A stretch of DNA of 64,000 nucleotides, taken from contig OZ024764.1 in the NCBI GenBank assembly GCA_964016885.1, positions 5,766,001 to 5,830,000 on the forward strand, given 5' to 3'. The notes under the pieces are model-generated. The model searched no databases. It was not told the origin of the DNA and worked only from the letters and a program-made list of their open reading frames with translations. Position numbers and translations under genes: made by a program. This DNA is from Eledone cirrhosa (Eukaryota). Within the stretch, counting starts at the first letter, position 1, and each line of letters opens with the position of its first letter. Positions 13,582-24,389 of the stretch are shown piece by piece.

Positions 13582-13756
13582 TAATATAGAGCAGTTTTAT
13601 AGATAAATATTGACATACCCTTAAAGAATGCAACCATTACTGTTGGAAGCTCCCGGATATTGTGGTTATAACTTTATTAATACTATTATGTAAATTTGTA
13701 TTGGATATTTTTAAATAAGCCGTTGGGTTACAGAGAAAGAGAGAGAGATATTAATA

Positions 13757-13792
<36 letters not shown>

Positions 13793-13829
13793 TATTAATA
13801 AAATAGATGTCCTTTTGATCAATTACATT

Positions 13830-13876
13830 TTATTATACATATTTCGGATGTACAACAGTACGTCCTCATCAGACAA
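13830..13876 (-). ncRNA. Minimal type I hammerhead ribozyme motif, intact core
   Basis: Minus strand: TTGT-CTGATGA-GGACGTAC(TGTT)GTACATCC-GAAA-TATGTATA-ATAA. Confidence 0.75.
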
Positions 13877-13899
13877 CGACCACAGGAAACAAGCACTAC

Positions 13900-14062
13900 C
13901 AAACTCTGGGAAGGGTCTGTAGAAACAGTAGACAGCTTTTGCTACCTAGGTGACCGAATTAGAGCAGAGGTGGGTGTTCTGAAAGTATAGTAACCAGGGT
14001 AAGAACAGGATGGAAGAAGTTCAGGGAGCTACTGCCACTGCTAGCTGCAAAAGGCTTTTCCC
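13900..14062 (+). mobile_element. RTE-type LINE ORF2 fragment
   Basis: Encodes SVETVDSFCYLGD...RVRTGWKKFRELLPLLAAKG with a frameshift. Homologous to 31560-31700. Confidence 0.75.
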
Positions 14063-14107
14063 CTTAATATATATATATATTTTTTTTTTTATATATATAT
14101 ATATATA

Positions 14108-14688
14108 TAGAGAAAATTGAGGTTGGTAATGGCACATGGAATATATAAGAGACAGAATACTTTTTTATGAAAAAACATAATTTTATAAGGTAAGGAAATA
14201 ATAAAGGGTATAAAAAATGAGCGGTTTCGATGGGTCTGCAAAAGCCATCTTTTCAAATGTTGATTAATATTAAGAACAATTAATAATACGAAGAGTTAAA
14301 ATTTGAGATTTGAAAATTCAAGTATAAAATACATTGTGGGATTTCATAGCAGTTTTCATCTAGGTAGCAACAACAGGTTCACTGCTGTGTCTACCAGAAA
14401 GGGACACAGCAGTCAACCTGTTGTTGCTACCTAGATGAAAACTGCTATGAAATCCCACAATGTATTTTATACTTGAATTTTCAAATCTCAAATTTTAACT
14501 CTTCGTATTATTAATTTTTCTTAATATTAATCAACATTTGAAAAGATGGCTTTTGCAGACCCATCGAAACCGCTCATTTTTTATACCCTTTATTATTTCC
14601 TTACCTTATAAAATTATGTTTTTTCACAAAAAAGTATTCTGTCTCTTATATATTCCATGTGCCATTACCAACCTCAATTTTCTCTATA
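14108..14688. repeat. Near-perfect inverted repeat (arms about 285 bp), each arm with a decayed hammerhead
   Basis: AGAGAAAATTGAGGTTGGTAATGG... / ...CCATTACCAACCTCAATTTTCTCT. Motif TTGAAAA-GATGG..CCATC-GAAA-CCGCTC at 14538-14575 and its mirror. Confidence 0.92.
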
Positions 14689-14858
14689 ACCTTCGTTTTG
14701 TGTAGAAAATTACACTTTTCATATATATATATATGTAGGAGGTGAGTTTTATTGTAGTACAATAAAGCAATGCAGATATCGGATAAGAAGCACTCTACAG
14801 TTTGTAGGACTGGAGTATACATAATATAAGATCAAAAGATGGTTAAAGGAGTTCCATG

Positions 14859-14929
14859 TATTTTATTATGCGCATTTCAAAAACAAACATCATCATGCAA
14901 TAATATTTGTGTTTTCATCAGATAAAACA
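14859..14929 (-). ncRNA. Minimal type I hammerhead ribozyme motif, intact core
   Basis: Minus strand: TGTTTTAT-CTGATGA-AAACACAAATATTAT..ATGATGTTTGTTTTT-GAAA-TGCGCA(palindrome)-TA-ATAAAATA. Confidence 0.8.
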
Positions 14930-14984
14930 GGAGAACATGATATGAAGGCTAAAAAACACTTGTGGATAGTGCAGTTTTAAATCA

Positions 14985-15030
<46 letters not shown>

Positions 15031-15176
15031 AAAATTTGGTAGAAATATCCAAGGGTAACAGCACTCCGTCCATAGGATGTGTTTAGTGTAATTACAACAG
15101 TGACATAAACAGCTACTTAAGGTTCGATGGGTTCTGGACCCTAATTGAGGATGGCATAGGAGTAATAGATGATTAT

Positions 15177-15226
15177 GACAGGCTGAGTTGGGTAGCCCAC
15201 AACCCAGCGGAACTTAAGTACCTGTT
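15177..15226 (+). ncRNA. Decayed hammerhead motif within an imperfect inverted repeat (about 15085-15240)
   Basis: GACAGG-CTGA(deleted TGA)-GTTGGGT..ACCCAGC-GGAA-CTTAAG(palindrome)-TA-CCTGTT. All three stems are retained. Confidence 0.55.
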
Positions 15227-15233
15227 TATATCA

Positions 15234-15276
<43 letters not shown>

Positions 15277-15292
15277 CATATATACATAAATA

Positions 15293-15334
<42 letters not shown>

Positions 15335-15392
15335 TACATAAATATATACGATGATATTAAATAAATGGAAACTATATTTATAAAACCATATT

Positions 15393-15457
15393 TATTTTAT
15401 TATATATATTTCAAGGGAAACCAAGACAACATTGGTACGCTTTCATCAGATAAAATA
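15393..15457 (-). ncRNA. Minimal type I hammerhead ribozyme motif, intact core
   Basis: Minus strand: TATTTTAT-CTGATGA-AAGCGTACCAA..TTGGTTTCCCTT-GAAA-TATATATA-ATAAAATA. Confidence 0.78.
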
Positions 15458-15523
15458 CAAAGTTTGTTTTATAAATTATTTGTCGGACTTCCAACAAATT
15501 AAATACCACTTCTACTTTATACA

Positions 15524-15554
<31 letters not shown>

Positions 15555-15625
15555 GACCACAAAAATATATACACACTTCGACAGCATTCTAATAAATATT
15601 GATTATAGGTAATCAAAGTGTTTAC

Positions 15626-15671
<46 letters not shown>

Positions 15672-15740
15672 GTAAACACTACTGCCAAGACTGGAATTGA
15701 ACCATCAGCACAGTTGAGGTATATCATCCATCAATTTATG

Positions 15741-15806
15741 TATTTTATCTGATGAAGACGTACTGAGGAAACAGCACAGTACCTCCAAAATATATATAAT
15801 AAAATA
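15741..15806 (+). ncRNA. Hammerhead motif with GAAA to AAAA core mutation
   Basis: TATTTTAT-CTGATGA-AGACGTACTG..CAGTACCTCC-AAAA-TATATATA-ATAAAATA. Confidence 0.7.
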
Positions 15807-15847
15807 TATTTGATTACATGAATGTCTATATTTATTAATATTTTGAA

Positions 15848-15903
<56 letters not shown>

Positions 15904-16173
15904 GAGGGGGCGGGGGGGAGAAAGACGTATAAAGACAGACACAGAAAGAAAGATGAGAGATGGACAAGGGCAAAATAAAAAGGGAGAGAGAGAAGAGAGA
16001 CAGAGATATATAAGAAGATAAAGAGAGAAAGAGATAGAGATAAGGAGAGAGATAGAGATATATAAAGAAGAAAGAGAAAGACACATCACATATATATATA
16101 TATACGAAGTGAGAGAGGGATAAGAAGAGAGAGAGAGATATAGGAGGTGAGAGAGAGAGAGAGGGATAAGAAG

Positions 16174-16206
<33 letters not shown>

Positions 16207-16339
16207 CACGAAGTGAGAGAGAGAGAGAGGGATAAGAAGAGAGAGATGGATAAGAAGAGAGAGAGAGATATAGGAGGTGAGAGAGAGAGAGATAGAGAGA
16301 AGGTGTGAAAAAAAGGCCAATAAAAATGAGAGAACGAAC

Positions 16340-16625
16340 CTGTGAGGAAGGACGATGGCTGAGCTTTCGTCAAGTTGGTTGGTCAAAGGAGAGAACCAGT
16401 GAAAAGGCTGCACCATTTAAATAATAAACAGAGAGACAGACAGTTCCACCAACCACCGACTAAACCAGTTCACACCATTAATATATTAATATATATATAT
16501 ATATTATATATGATAGAGTAATATGGTTGAAGGAGTGTGGTAGTTGTGTATGTTATTGATGAGAGTAAGATGGCAGCTAAAGTAGTATTTTCCTTGTTGT
16601 AAGCGGCGACAGCTAAACAACGTGG
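16340..16625 (-). promoter_or_regulatory. Candidate first exon / promoter-proximal region of the second gene
   Basis: Unique sequence ending in CACAG|GTTCGT donor, with YY1-like AAGATGGC motifs near 16568 and 16835. Not proven. Confidence 0.3.
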
Positions 16626-16626
16626 C

Positions 16627-16659
<33 letters not shown>

Positions 16660-16852
16660 ATATATATATATATACACACGTATATATATGTGTGTAAGGT
16701 AAAGGAAAGAAGAGTGCTCTATGTAAAGTAATATATATATATATATATATTTATATATATTATATACTTATATTTATATATTTATATATAAATATATATA
16801 GAGGGAGAGATGGATAGATTGTATAGTTTTACAAAGATGGCCTGATGGTGTT

Positions 16853-16887
<35 letters not shown>

Positions 16888-17016
16888 AATGCTTATATAT
16901 ATACACGTGTGTGTGTGTACAGAGATAGAAACAAGCCAGATTGTTTTCTACGTTGTGAGCGACAAACACAAACAACGTGAATGTTATGTATATTGTATGT
17001 AACGTAGCGTTGTAAT

Positions 17017-17158
17017 TATATATATATATATATATGTCTGTGTGTGTATATATATATATATGTGTGTGTGTATATATATATATAAAAATATGTGTGTGTG
17101 TGTATATATATATATATGTGTGTGTGTGTGTATATATATATATATGTGTGTGTATATA

Positions 17159-17209
<51 letters not shown>

Positions 17210-17238
17210 ATGTATATATATATGTGTGTGTGTATATA

Positions 17239-17285
<47 letters not shown>

Positions 17286-17338
17286 ATATATATATGTGTG
17301 TGTATATATATATGTGTGTGTATATATATATATATGTG

Positions 17339-17377
<39 letters not shown>

Positions 17378-17382
17378 ATATA
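17017..17382. repeat. (TA)n/(TG)n compound microsatellite
   Basis: Seen directly in the sequence. Confidence 0.95.
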
Positions 17383-17436
17383 CACTCATTAAAATATAAG
17401 GTATATTTTATTCACAGTTGTATAAAAAAGAAATAT

Positions 17437-17795
17437 AATTGTTTCTACTTTAGAAACAAGACCAGCAATTACCCAGTGCATTACTGGTACTTTATTTTAT
17501 CGACCCCGTAAAGATGAAAGGCAAAGTCAACCTCGGCGGGATTTGAACTCAGATCGTAAAGGGACGTAACTATGCTGGAAAGAATGGCGTCCGACCCTCT
17601 ATATAATAATTGTTTCTACTATTGGCACAAGGCCAGAAAATTACCCAGTACATTACTGGTACTTTATTTTATCGACCCCGTAAGGATGAAAGGCAAAGTT
17701 AACCTCGGCGGGATTTGAACTCAGAATGGCAAGGGCCGTAACTCTATGCGTCAAAGCATGGCGTCCGAACCTCTACCGATACTGCCAATCCACCA
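17437..17795 (-). mobile_element. Two adjacent copies of tRNA-derived SINE family 3
   Basis: Reverse complement of GGATTGGCAGTATCGGTAGAG...GAGTTCAAATCCCGCCGAGG...GGGTCGATAAAATAAAGTACCAG. Confidence 0.85.
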
Positions 17796-17989
17796 TAATA
17801 ATACAAGGCTTACAGAACGAAATCACAAACAAATATAGTATAAAGGAAAGGGGAAAAGAAAGAGAAAAGAAAAAAAATTACAGAAGCGGTTAGCACACAC
17901 ATCTGGGACCACATACAATAAAAGGCAGGCGAAAGGGGGTGGACAACCGAGCCACTACCAGAGTAAAAGATACCAATATCACGAGGAGG

Positions 17990-18255
17990 ACTGTGAAACC
18001 TCTCTAATGATTATTGAGGCAAGCTGCCAGCCCGCTGGTAGCGTTACCTCGGGTGATGGCGAGTCTGAGGCGCTGGAACAGCCAAGCACCCTCGCAAGCA
18101 TCACCAGTTACCTCTGTTAGGGGAACCGCCAGTGAAGATAAGAACCTCGCTGGCAGTAGCCCGACTCCCCCAAACGTCGCGACCCCCACAGGCTGGATAA
18201 TGTAGTTGGCCGACATATCACAGTATTTCAGGATTTTGTTCCGCTCGGCTGTATG
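17990..18255 (-). mobile_element. CRE-clade non-LTR retrotransposon 3' fragment (restriction-like endonuclease end)
   Basis: Encodes AERNKILKY...QPVGVATFGG...WLFQRLRLAITRGNA, matching the K..KY...P..ET.G...LFQRLS.A..RGNA pattern. Confidence 0.7.
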
Positions 18256-18510
18256 GTTTCACATTAAAGTCTGTATTGATTACACAGTTACGACCGTTTC
18301 ACAGATGGGTGCTTCAGGATCTATATAAATGGTGTAGACCTGACTCCAGCCTCATCTGATCTTCAAACTTATTAATCAAGCAAAACCAACATTTCATGAG
18401 ATGATCAGATGAGGCTGGAGTCAGGTCTATAATATTTTATATAGATCCTGAGCCACCCATCTGTGAAACGGCCATAACTGTATAATCAATAGAGATCTTA
18501 ATGTGAAACC
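18256..18510. repeat. Imperfect inverted repeat with decayed hammerhead-like cores
   Basis: GGTTTCACATTAAAGTC... / ...GATCTTAATGTGAAACC. Contains CTGAAGC-AC..GT-GAAACGGTC. Confidence 0.75.
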
Positions 18511-18619
18511 TCACTTTGTTTTTAGTATATACACTCTGCCATAACATAGGGTATGGATTTTGGTACCTTCCTCACTAAACGATGAATCTACTGAACCTCT
18601 TATATATACACACGCACAT

Positions 18620-19078
18620 GTAAAGCGGTCATGTAGGTGTCACAACAAAAAGTACCCAGTCCACACTGTAAAGTGGTCATGTAAGTGTCACAACAAAAAG
18701 TACCCAGTCCACACTGTAAAGTGGTCATGTAGGTGTCACAACAAACTACACCCAGTCCACACTGTAAAGTGGTCATGTAGGTGTCACAACAAAAAGCACC
18801 CAGTCCACATTGTAAAATGGTCATGTAGGTGTCACAACAAAAAGCACCCAGTCCACACTGTAAAGTGGTCATGTAGGTGTCACAACAAAAAGTAGCCAGT
18901 CCACACTGTAAAGTGGTCATGTAGGTGTCATGACAAAAAGTACCCAGTCCACACTGCAAAATGGTCATGTAGGTGTCACAACAAAAAGCACCCAGTCCAC
19001 ACTGTAAAATGGTCATGTAGGTGTCACAACAAAAAACACCCAGTCCACACTGTAAAGTGGTTGTGTAGGTGTCACAAT
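18620..19078. repeat. 48-bp minisatellite derived from a SINE internal segment, about 10 copies
   Basis: Unit GTGGTCATGTAGGTGTCACAACAAAAAGCACCCAGTCCACACTGTAAA. Confidence 0.92.
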
Positions 19079-19144
19079 AACGTAGTTCTCAGGGAGATTC
19101 AGTGTGACAAGCTCCTTCCAATTACAGCTACAATTCACACACAT

Positions 19145-20860
19145 TTATCATCATTGTTTTCCATGTCTTTTTCCATGCTAGCATGGGTTGCACGGCTCCT
19201 TCTCAGCATGGTATCTCTCCATTTACCAAGTTCCTTCTGTTCTGCGAGTCTCGGCGATTTGAGGTCAGCTCTAACAGCCTCTACCCAGATCTTTCTTGGT
19301 TGCCCTCTACTGCAACTTGCTTCCACTTCTTCACCCAGTAATCATCGTCCATGCACATCACATGTCTGTACCAGTGCAGTCTTCTGCCTTGCACACTACT
19401 TCTGATTCCTCTTAAACCCAATTTCTCCCACAGCTTATCCAAGCTCTGCTGTTCTCTTACATTTACCTTGCACATCCAATGAAGCATGGCTGCTTCATTT
19501 CTCTCCCATCTGTGCAAGTCCTCTGTAGTCACAACCCATGTTTCACTACCATGTAGCACCACATGTCATCTGTAGTCACAGCCCATGTTTCACTTCCATG
19601 TAGCACCACATGTCATCTGCAGTCACAGCCCATGTTTCACTACCATGTAGCACCACATGTCATCTGCAGTCACAGCCCATGTTTCACTACCATATAGCAC
19701 CACATCATCTGCAGTCACAGCCCATGATTTCACCACCATGTAGCACCACGTCTTCTGTAGTCACAGCCCATGTTTCACCACATGTCATCTGCAGTCACAG
19801 CCCATGTTTCACTACCATGCAGCACCATATGTCCTCTGCAGTCACAGTCCATGTTTCACTACATGTAGCACCACATGTCATATGCACTCACTGCCCATGT
19901 TTCACTACCATGTAGCACCACATGTTCTCTGCAGTCACAGCCCATGTTTCACCACATGTCCTCTGCAGTCACAGCCCCTGTTTCACTACCATGTAGCACC
20001 ACAGCCTCTACCCAGATCTTTCTTGGTTGCCCTCTACTGCAACTTGCTTCCACTTCTTCACCCAGTAATCATCGTCCATGCACATCACATGTCTGTACCA
20101 GTGCAGTCTTCTGCCTTGCACACTACTTCTGATTCCTCTTAAACCCAATTTCTCCCACAGCTTATCCAAGCTCTGCTGTTCTCTTACATTTACCTTGCAC
20201 ATCCAATGAAGCATGGCTACTTCATTTCTCTCCCATCTGTGCAAGTCCTCTGTAGTCACAACCCATGTTTCACTACCATGTAGCACCACATGTCATCTGT
20301 AGTCACAGCTCATGTTTCACTTCCATGTAGCACCACATGTCATCTGCAGTCACAGCCCATGTTTCACTACCATGTAGCACCACATGTCATCTGCAGTCAC
20401 AGCCCATGTTTCACTACCATATAGCACCACATCATCTGCAGTCACAGCCCATGATTTCACCACCATGTAGCACCACGTCTTCTGTAGTCACAGCCCATGT
20501 TTCACCACATGTCATCTGCAGTCACAGCCCATGTTTCACTACCATGCAGCACCATATGTCCTCTGCAGTCACAGTCCATGTTTCACTACATGTAGCACCA
20601 CATGTCATCTGCACTCACTGCCCATGTTTCACTATCATGTAGCACCACATGTTCTCTGCAGTCACAGCCCATGTTTCACCACATGTCCTCTGCAGTCACA
20701 GCCCCTGTTTCACTACCATGTAGCACCACATCCTCTGCAGTTGCAGCCCATGTTTCACTACCATGTAGCACCACATATATTCTGCAGTCACAGCCCCTGT
20801 TTCACTACCATGTAGCACCACATGTCCTCTGTAGTCACAGCCCATGTAGCACCACATGTC
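19145..20860 (-). mobile_element. RTE LINE 3' end with internal about 47-bp amplification of the LHGSETW motif and a 727-bp duplication
   Basis: VLHGSETWVVTTEDLHRWERNE...RRLHWYRHV...RGQPRKIW. ORFs 19281-19562 and 20008-20289 are offset by 727 bp. Confidence 0.88.
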
Positions 20861-20869
20861 ACACACAGA

Positions 20870-22605
20870 TGTCCTTTCGTATGCAGGGAGATACCATTTG
20901 TTACCAAATGTAACAGTTGACGATGATGCTGCTACGCCAGTCATTTGGTATGACACTATTCTGTATTACTTGGTTTACTATCCGGGTGACCATAGTGTGT
21001 CCCACCATTCCAGATGCTTTCAACATCTCAGCAACTATCCCTGAAGGCCCAGCTGCCTTGCCTGTCTGCATATCTTTGATTGCCTTATTTATAATACTTG
21101 TTTCTACTTTAGGCACAAGGCCAGCAATTACCCAGTGCATTACTGGTACTTTATTTTATCGACCCCGTAAGGATGAAAGGCAAAGTCAACCTCAGCGGGA
21201 TTTGAACTCAGATCGTAAAGGGACGTAACCTTATTTATAATACTACCATTAACTTGCACAGCTGGTCCTTCTATTGGATCAATGTGGGGCAGACTATCTT
21301 TTTCCCATTTATTCTCCTCATTCAGTAGTCTCTTGTAGTGACACTTCCAAGCTACCTTCTTATCAGCATCAGTGAGGGCAATTACACCATCATCATTACA
21401 GACACACTTCTCCCCGACAATATCACGGTTTTCCATGATACATTGTCCTGCAATCCTGAACACCTCACGTTGAACTTTCTATCCTCTGCTTCCCTTCTTG
21501 CAAAGTACACATATCGTCTAGCTTTTCTCCTAGCTACCCGATAGAGTTCTGTACTACCCCCATCCTGCCATACTTTCCAAGCCAGCTTTTTGCCCTTGAT
21601 GGACTCCTCCACCTTACTGTTCCACCACCAAGTTACTCTTCTCCTGCCTAAAGGTCTGCTCCAGCCACAGATTTCATCTGTTGACTTCAGTAGGTTAACT
21701 TTCAGGAATTCCTACTGTTCCTCTATATTGTACGTCTCTAATTGTTCTTCCTTACTGTCAAAAGCATCAAGTATTATGCTTTTAAATTTGTTACTGGCTG
21801 TGGGGTCCTTCAACTTCCATATTCTTCTCCTCAGGGTAGTCCTCCTCTGTCGTCAAGTACATCTAGTACTGACTATGAGGTCACTAACTACTAGCCTATG
21901 TTGGGAGGTGCATTCTTCACGGGGGAGGGATTTAGTGTTTACAACAGACATTTTGTCACTTTGTCACGTCTTCTAGTAAGGATATATCTGGCTGGCGTGT
22001 TCCTCTGATCTATAGGTGATCAAGTGATTGTCTCGTTTTTTGAAGTTAGTGTTACAGATAGTTGGGTTATTAGCATCACAGAATTCCAAGATTCTGAAGC
22101 CTTCCTCATTTCTAGTACCAAACCCATAGCCTCCATGGATTCCATCATAGCCATCACAATGTTGTCCATTTAGGTTGCCAGCAATAATTAAGTAGTTGCT
22201 GTTGGTTATTTGGGAGGTAGTGAGCAAAACGACTCAGAGAACCTGCCTTTTATAACGTCAGGTAGGCCAGATTGGGGTGCATAAGCAGATATAATTGATA
22301 CAGTTGTTCTATTTAGAACTAGTCTTATTTTAATTATTCTGTCGTTCACTCTATTTACGTCAATTACCTTATCTACCCATTTTTCTGCTAACATAATTCC
22401 TACTCCACCCAGCCCATTGTCATTTCCCATCCAGAAAAGTTTATAGCATCGTTTTTTGCCCACAATGAATCTAGCAGACCCAGCCCTCCACCTGGTCTCT
22501 TGAACACAACAAACATCAACTTCTTTATGTTCAAGCATCTCTACAACCTCATTTGAGCAACCTTTCAATGTGCCTACGTTCATGGTACCAACTCTGAAGT
22601 TTTGG
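20870..22605 (-). mobile_element. Degenerate RTE LINE 5' part (AP endonuclease to start of RT), interrupted by a SINE fragment at 21097-21228
   Basis: RVGTMNVGTL..CCVQETRW..GVG..SAYAPQ..NEEGFRILEFC..HLITY; KAAGPSGIVAEMLK..IPNDWRSSIIVNCY. Frameshifts and stops are present. Confidence 0.9.
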
Positions 22606-22934
22606 ATTTCGTGGGGGGGGGGGGGGGGGTTGGAGATGCAGGGAGGGGGGGGGATTATGTTGGTCATCCATGTCTGAAATAAAGACATATATATATCCTA
22701 CAAAGTACGTTGTCCGACGCTCTACCGATTCTGCCAATCCACTGCCTCAGTTGTAACAAAAACATTATGTAAACAATGACAAACCTTACAGAATTCCTTT
22801 CTTAATTTATTTTATAATCTTTCTGTATTTGATACAAACAACATTCAGTTAAACAGATTCCTAAATAACAATGATTGCTAATATAAAAAATACCACCTGG
22901 AGACATTTGTCAGCTAAGTTAAAGTCTTTTAATC

Positions 22935-23270
22935 AGGCTGGTGCTTATCCTGGTTACCTTAGCGTGAAGTGACTGGGAGAACCTTACTACCCCCTGGACA
23001 GAACTCCAGTCCATCATAGGTTAAAGTCAGACTTAAGCTCAAAAGCTCATCGGGCCAGTGCTTATCCTGGTTACCTTAGCGGGAAGTGACTGGGAGAACC
23101 TTACTACCCCCTGGACAGAACTCCAGTCCATCATAGGTTAAAGTCAAACTTAAGCTCAAAAGCTCATTGGGCCAGTGCTTATCCTGGTTTCCTTGGCGTG
23201 AAGCGACATAGAGTACAAAACTCGCCCTGGACAGGACACCAGTCCATCATAGATTAAAGTCTATCTTAAC
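22935..23270 (-). mobile_element. Three tandem copies (about 120 bp) of a SINE-like 3' segment
   Basis: GTGCTTATCCTGGTT..CCCCTGGACAG..CCAGTCCATCATAG repeated. Related to 24040-24220 and to the 24.4-27.4 kb array. Confidence 0.7.
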
Positions 23271-23357
23271 CCTTTAGCATCTAAACCAGCTGTATCCGGC
23301 CAGAATCCTCCCAACTCTCTCTGTTCAAACCGGCTGTAACCGCTGCTCACACTGATG

Positions 23358-24028
23358 TTAACCCTTTAGTATTCACATTACTCTCTGTATACTATTATAT
23401 TTTCATGATAAATGCTTTACCTCACATAATTATTTCACATAATATCGAATCTATGAGATTTTGAAAGTATTTATTTTGAGAACAATACCTTAACATCAGT
23501 TTGACCGACCAGTTACAGCCAGTTACAGCCAGTTTGAACATTAAAGGTTTAAGGTAATGTTCTCAAAATAAATATCAAAATCTTATAGATTTGATATTAT
23601 GGGAGTTAAAGCCTTTACTGTGAAAATACAATAGTATATATAGAGTAATGTAAATGTTATGTGAGATATTATGTGAGGTAAAGCCTTTACTGTGACAATA
23701 CAATAGTATATATAGAGTAATGTAAATGTTATGTGAGATATTATGTGAGGTAAAGCCTTTACTGTGACAATACAATAGTATATATAGAGTAATGTAAATG
23801 TTATGTGAGATATTATGTGAGGTAAAGCCTTTACTGTGAAAATACAATAGTATATATAGAGTAATGTAAATGTTATGTGAGATATTATGTGAGGTAAAGC
23901 CTTTACTGTGACAATACAGTAGTAAATATAGAGTAATGTAAATGTTATGTGAGATATTATGTGAGGTAAAGCCTTCACTGTGAAAATACAATAGTATATA
24001 TAGAGTAATGTGAATGCTAAAGGGTTAA
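23358..24028. mobile_element. piggyBac-type MITE with an internal 72-bp tandem repeat (about 6 copies)
   Basis: TTAA-CCCTTTAGTATTCACATTACTCT ... AGAGTAATGTGAATGCTAAAGGG-TTAA terminal inverted repeats with TTAA. Confidence 0.8.
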
Positions 24029-24389
24029 TCTCAGAAGCTCTTCGGGCTGGTACTTATCCTTAGTTTCCTTGGCATTAAGCAACTGAGAGAACAAGACTCA
24101 CCCTGGACAGAGCACCAGTTCATCACGTGATTAACTCCCCTGCTACTGCTGGTACCTACTCTCAGTTGAGTGTACTGGAACAACGTGAAATAAAGTGTTT
24201 TAATTGAGAGCACAGCAGCCAATCCAGATATTGAACTGCCGATTGATTTTTGAACAAGGTAGATTGTTGATAAAGATAGTATATGAACTAGTAATAATCA
24301 AATATATGGTTGAAACAGCCCAGCAGCACATTTGATGAGATTCAAGCCTATAAGTTGAAGTCTGTTCTAAGACGAAGGCTCATTAGGCC

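Noticed and set aside
15835-17511. ORFs rich in YI/SL/HT
   Set aside because: Translations of (TA)n, (GA)n and (CA)n microsatellites.
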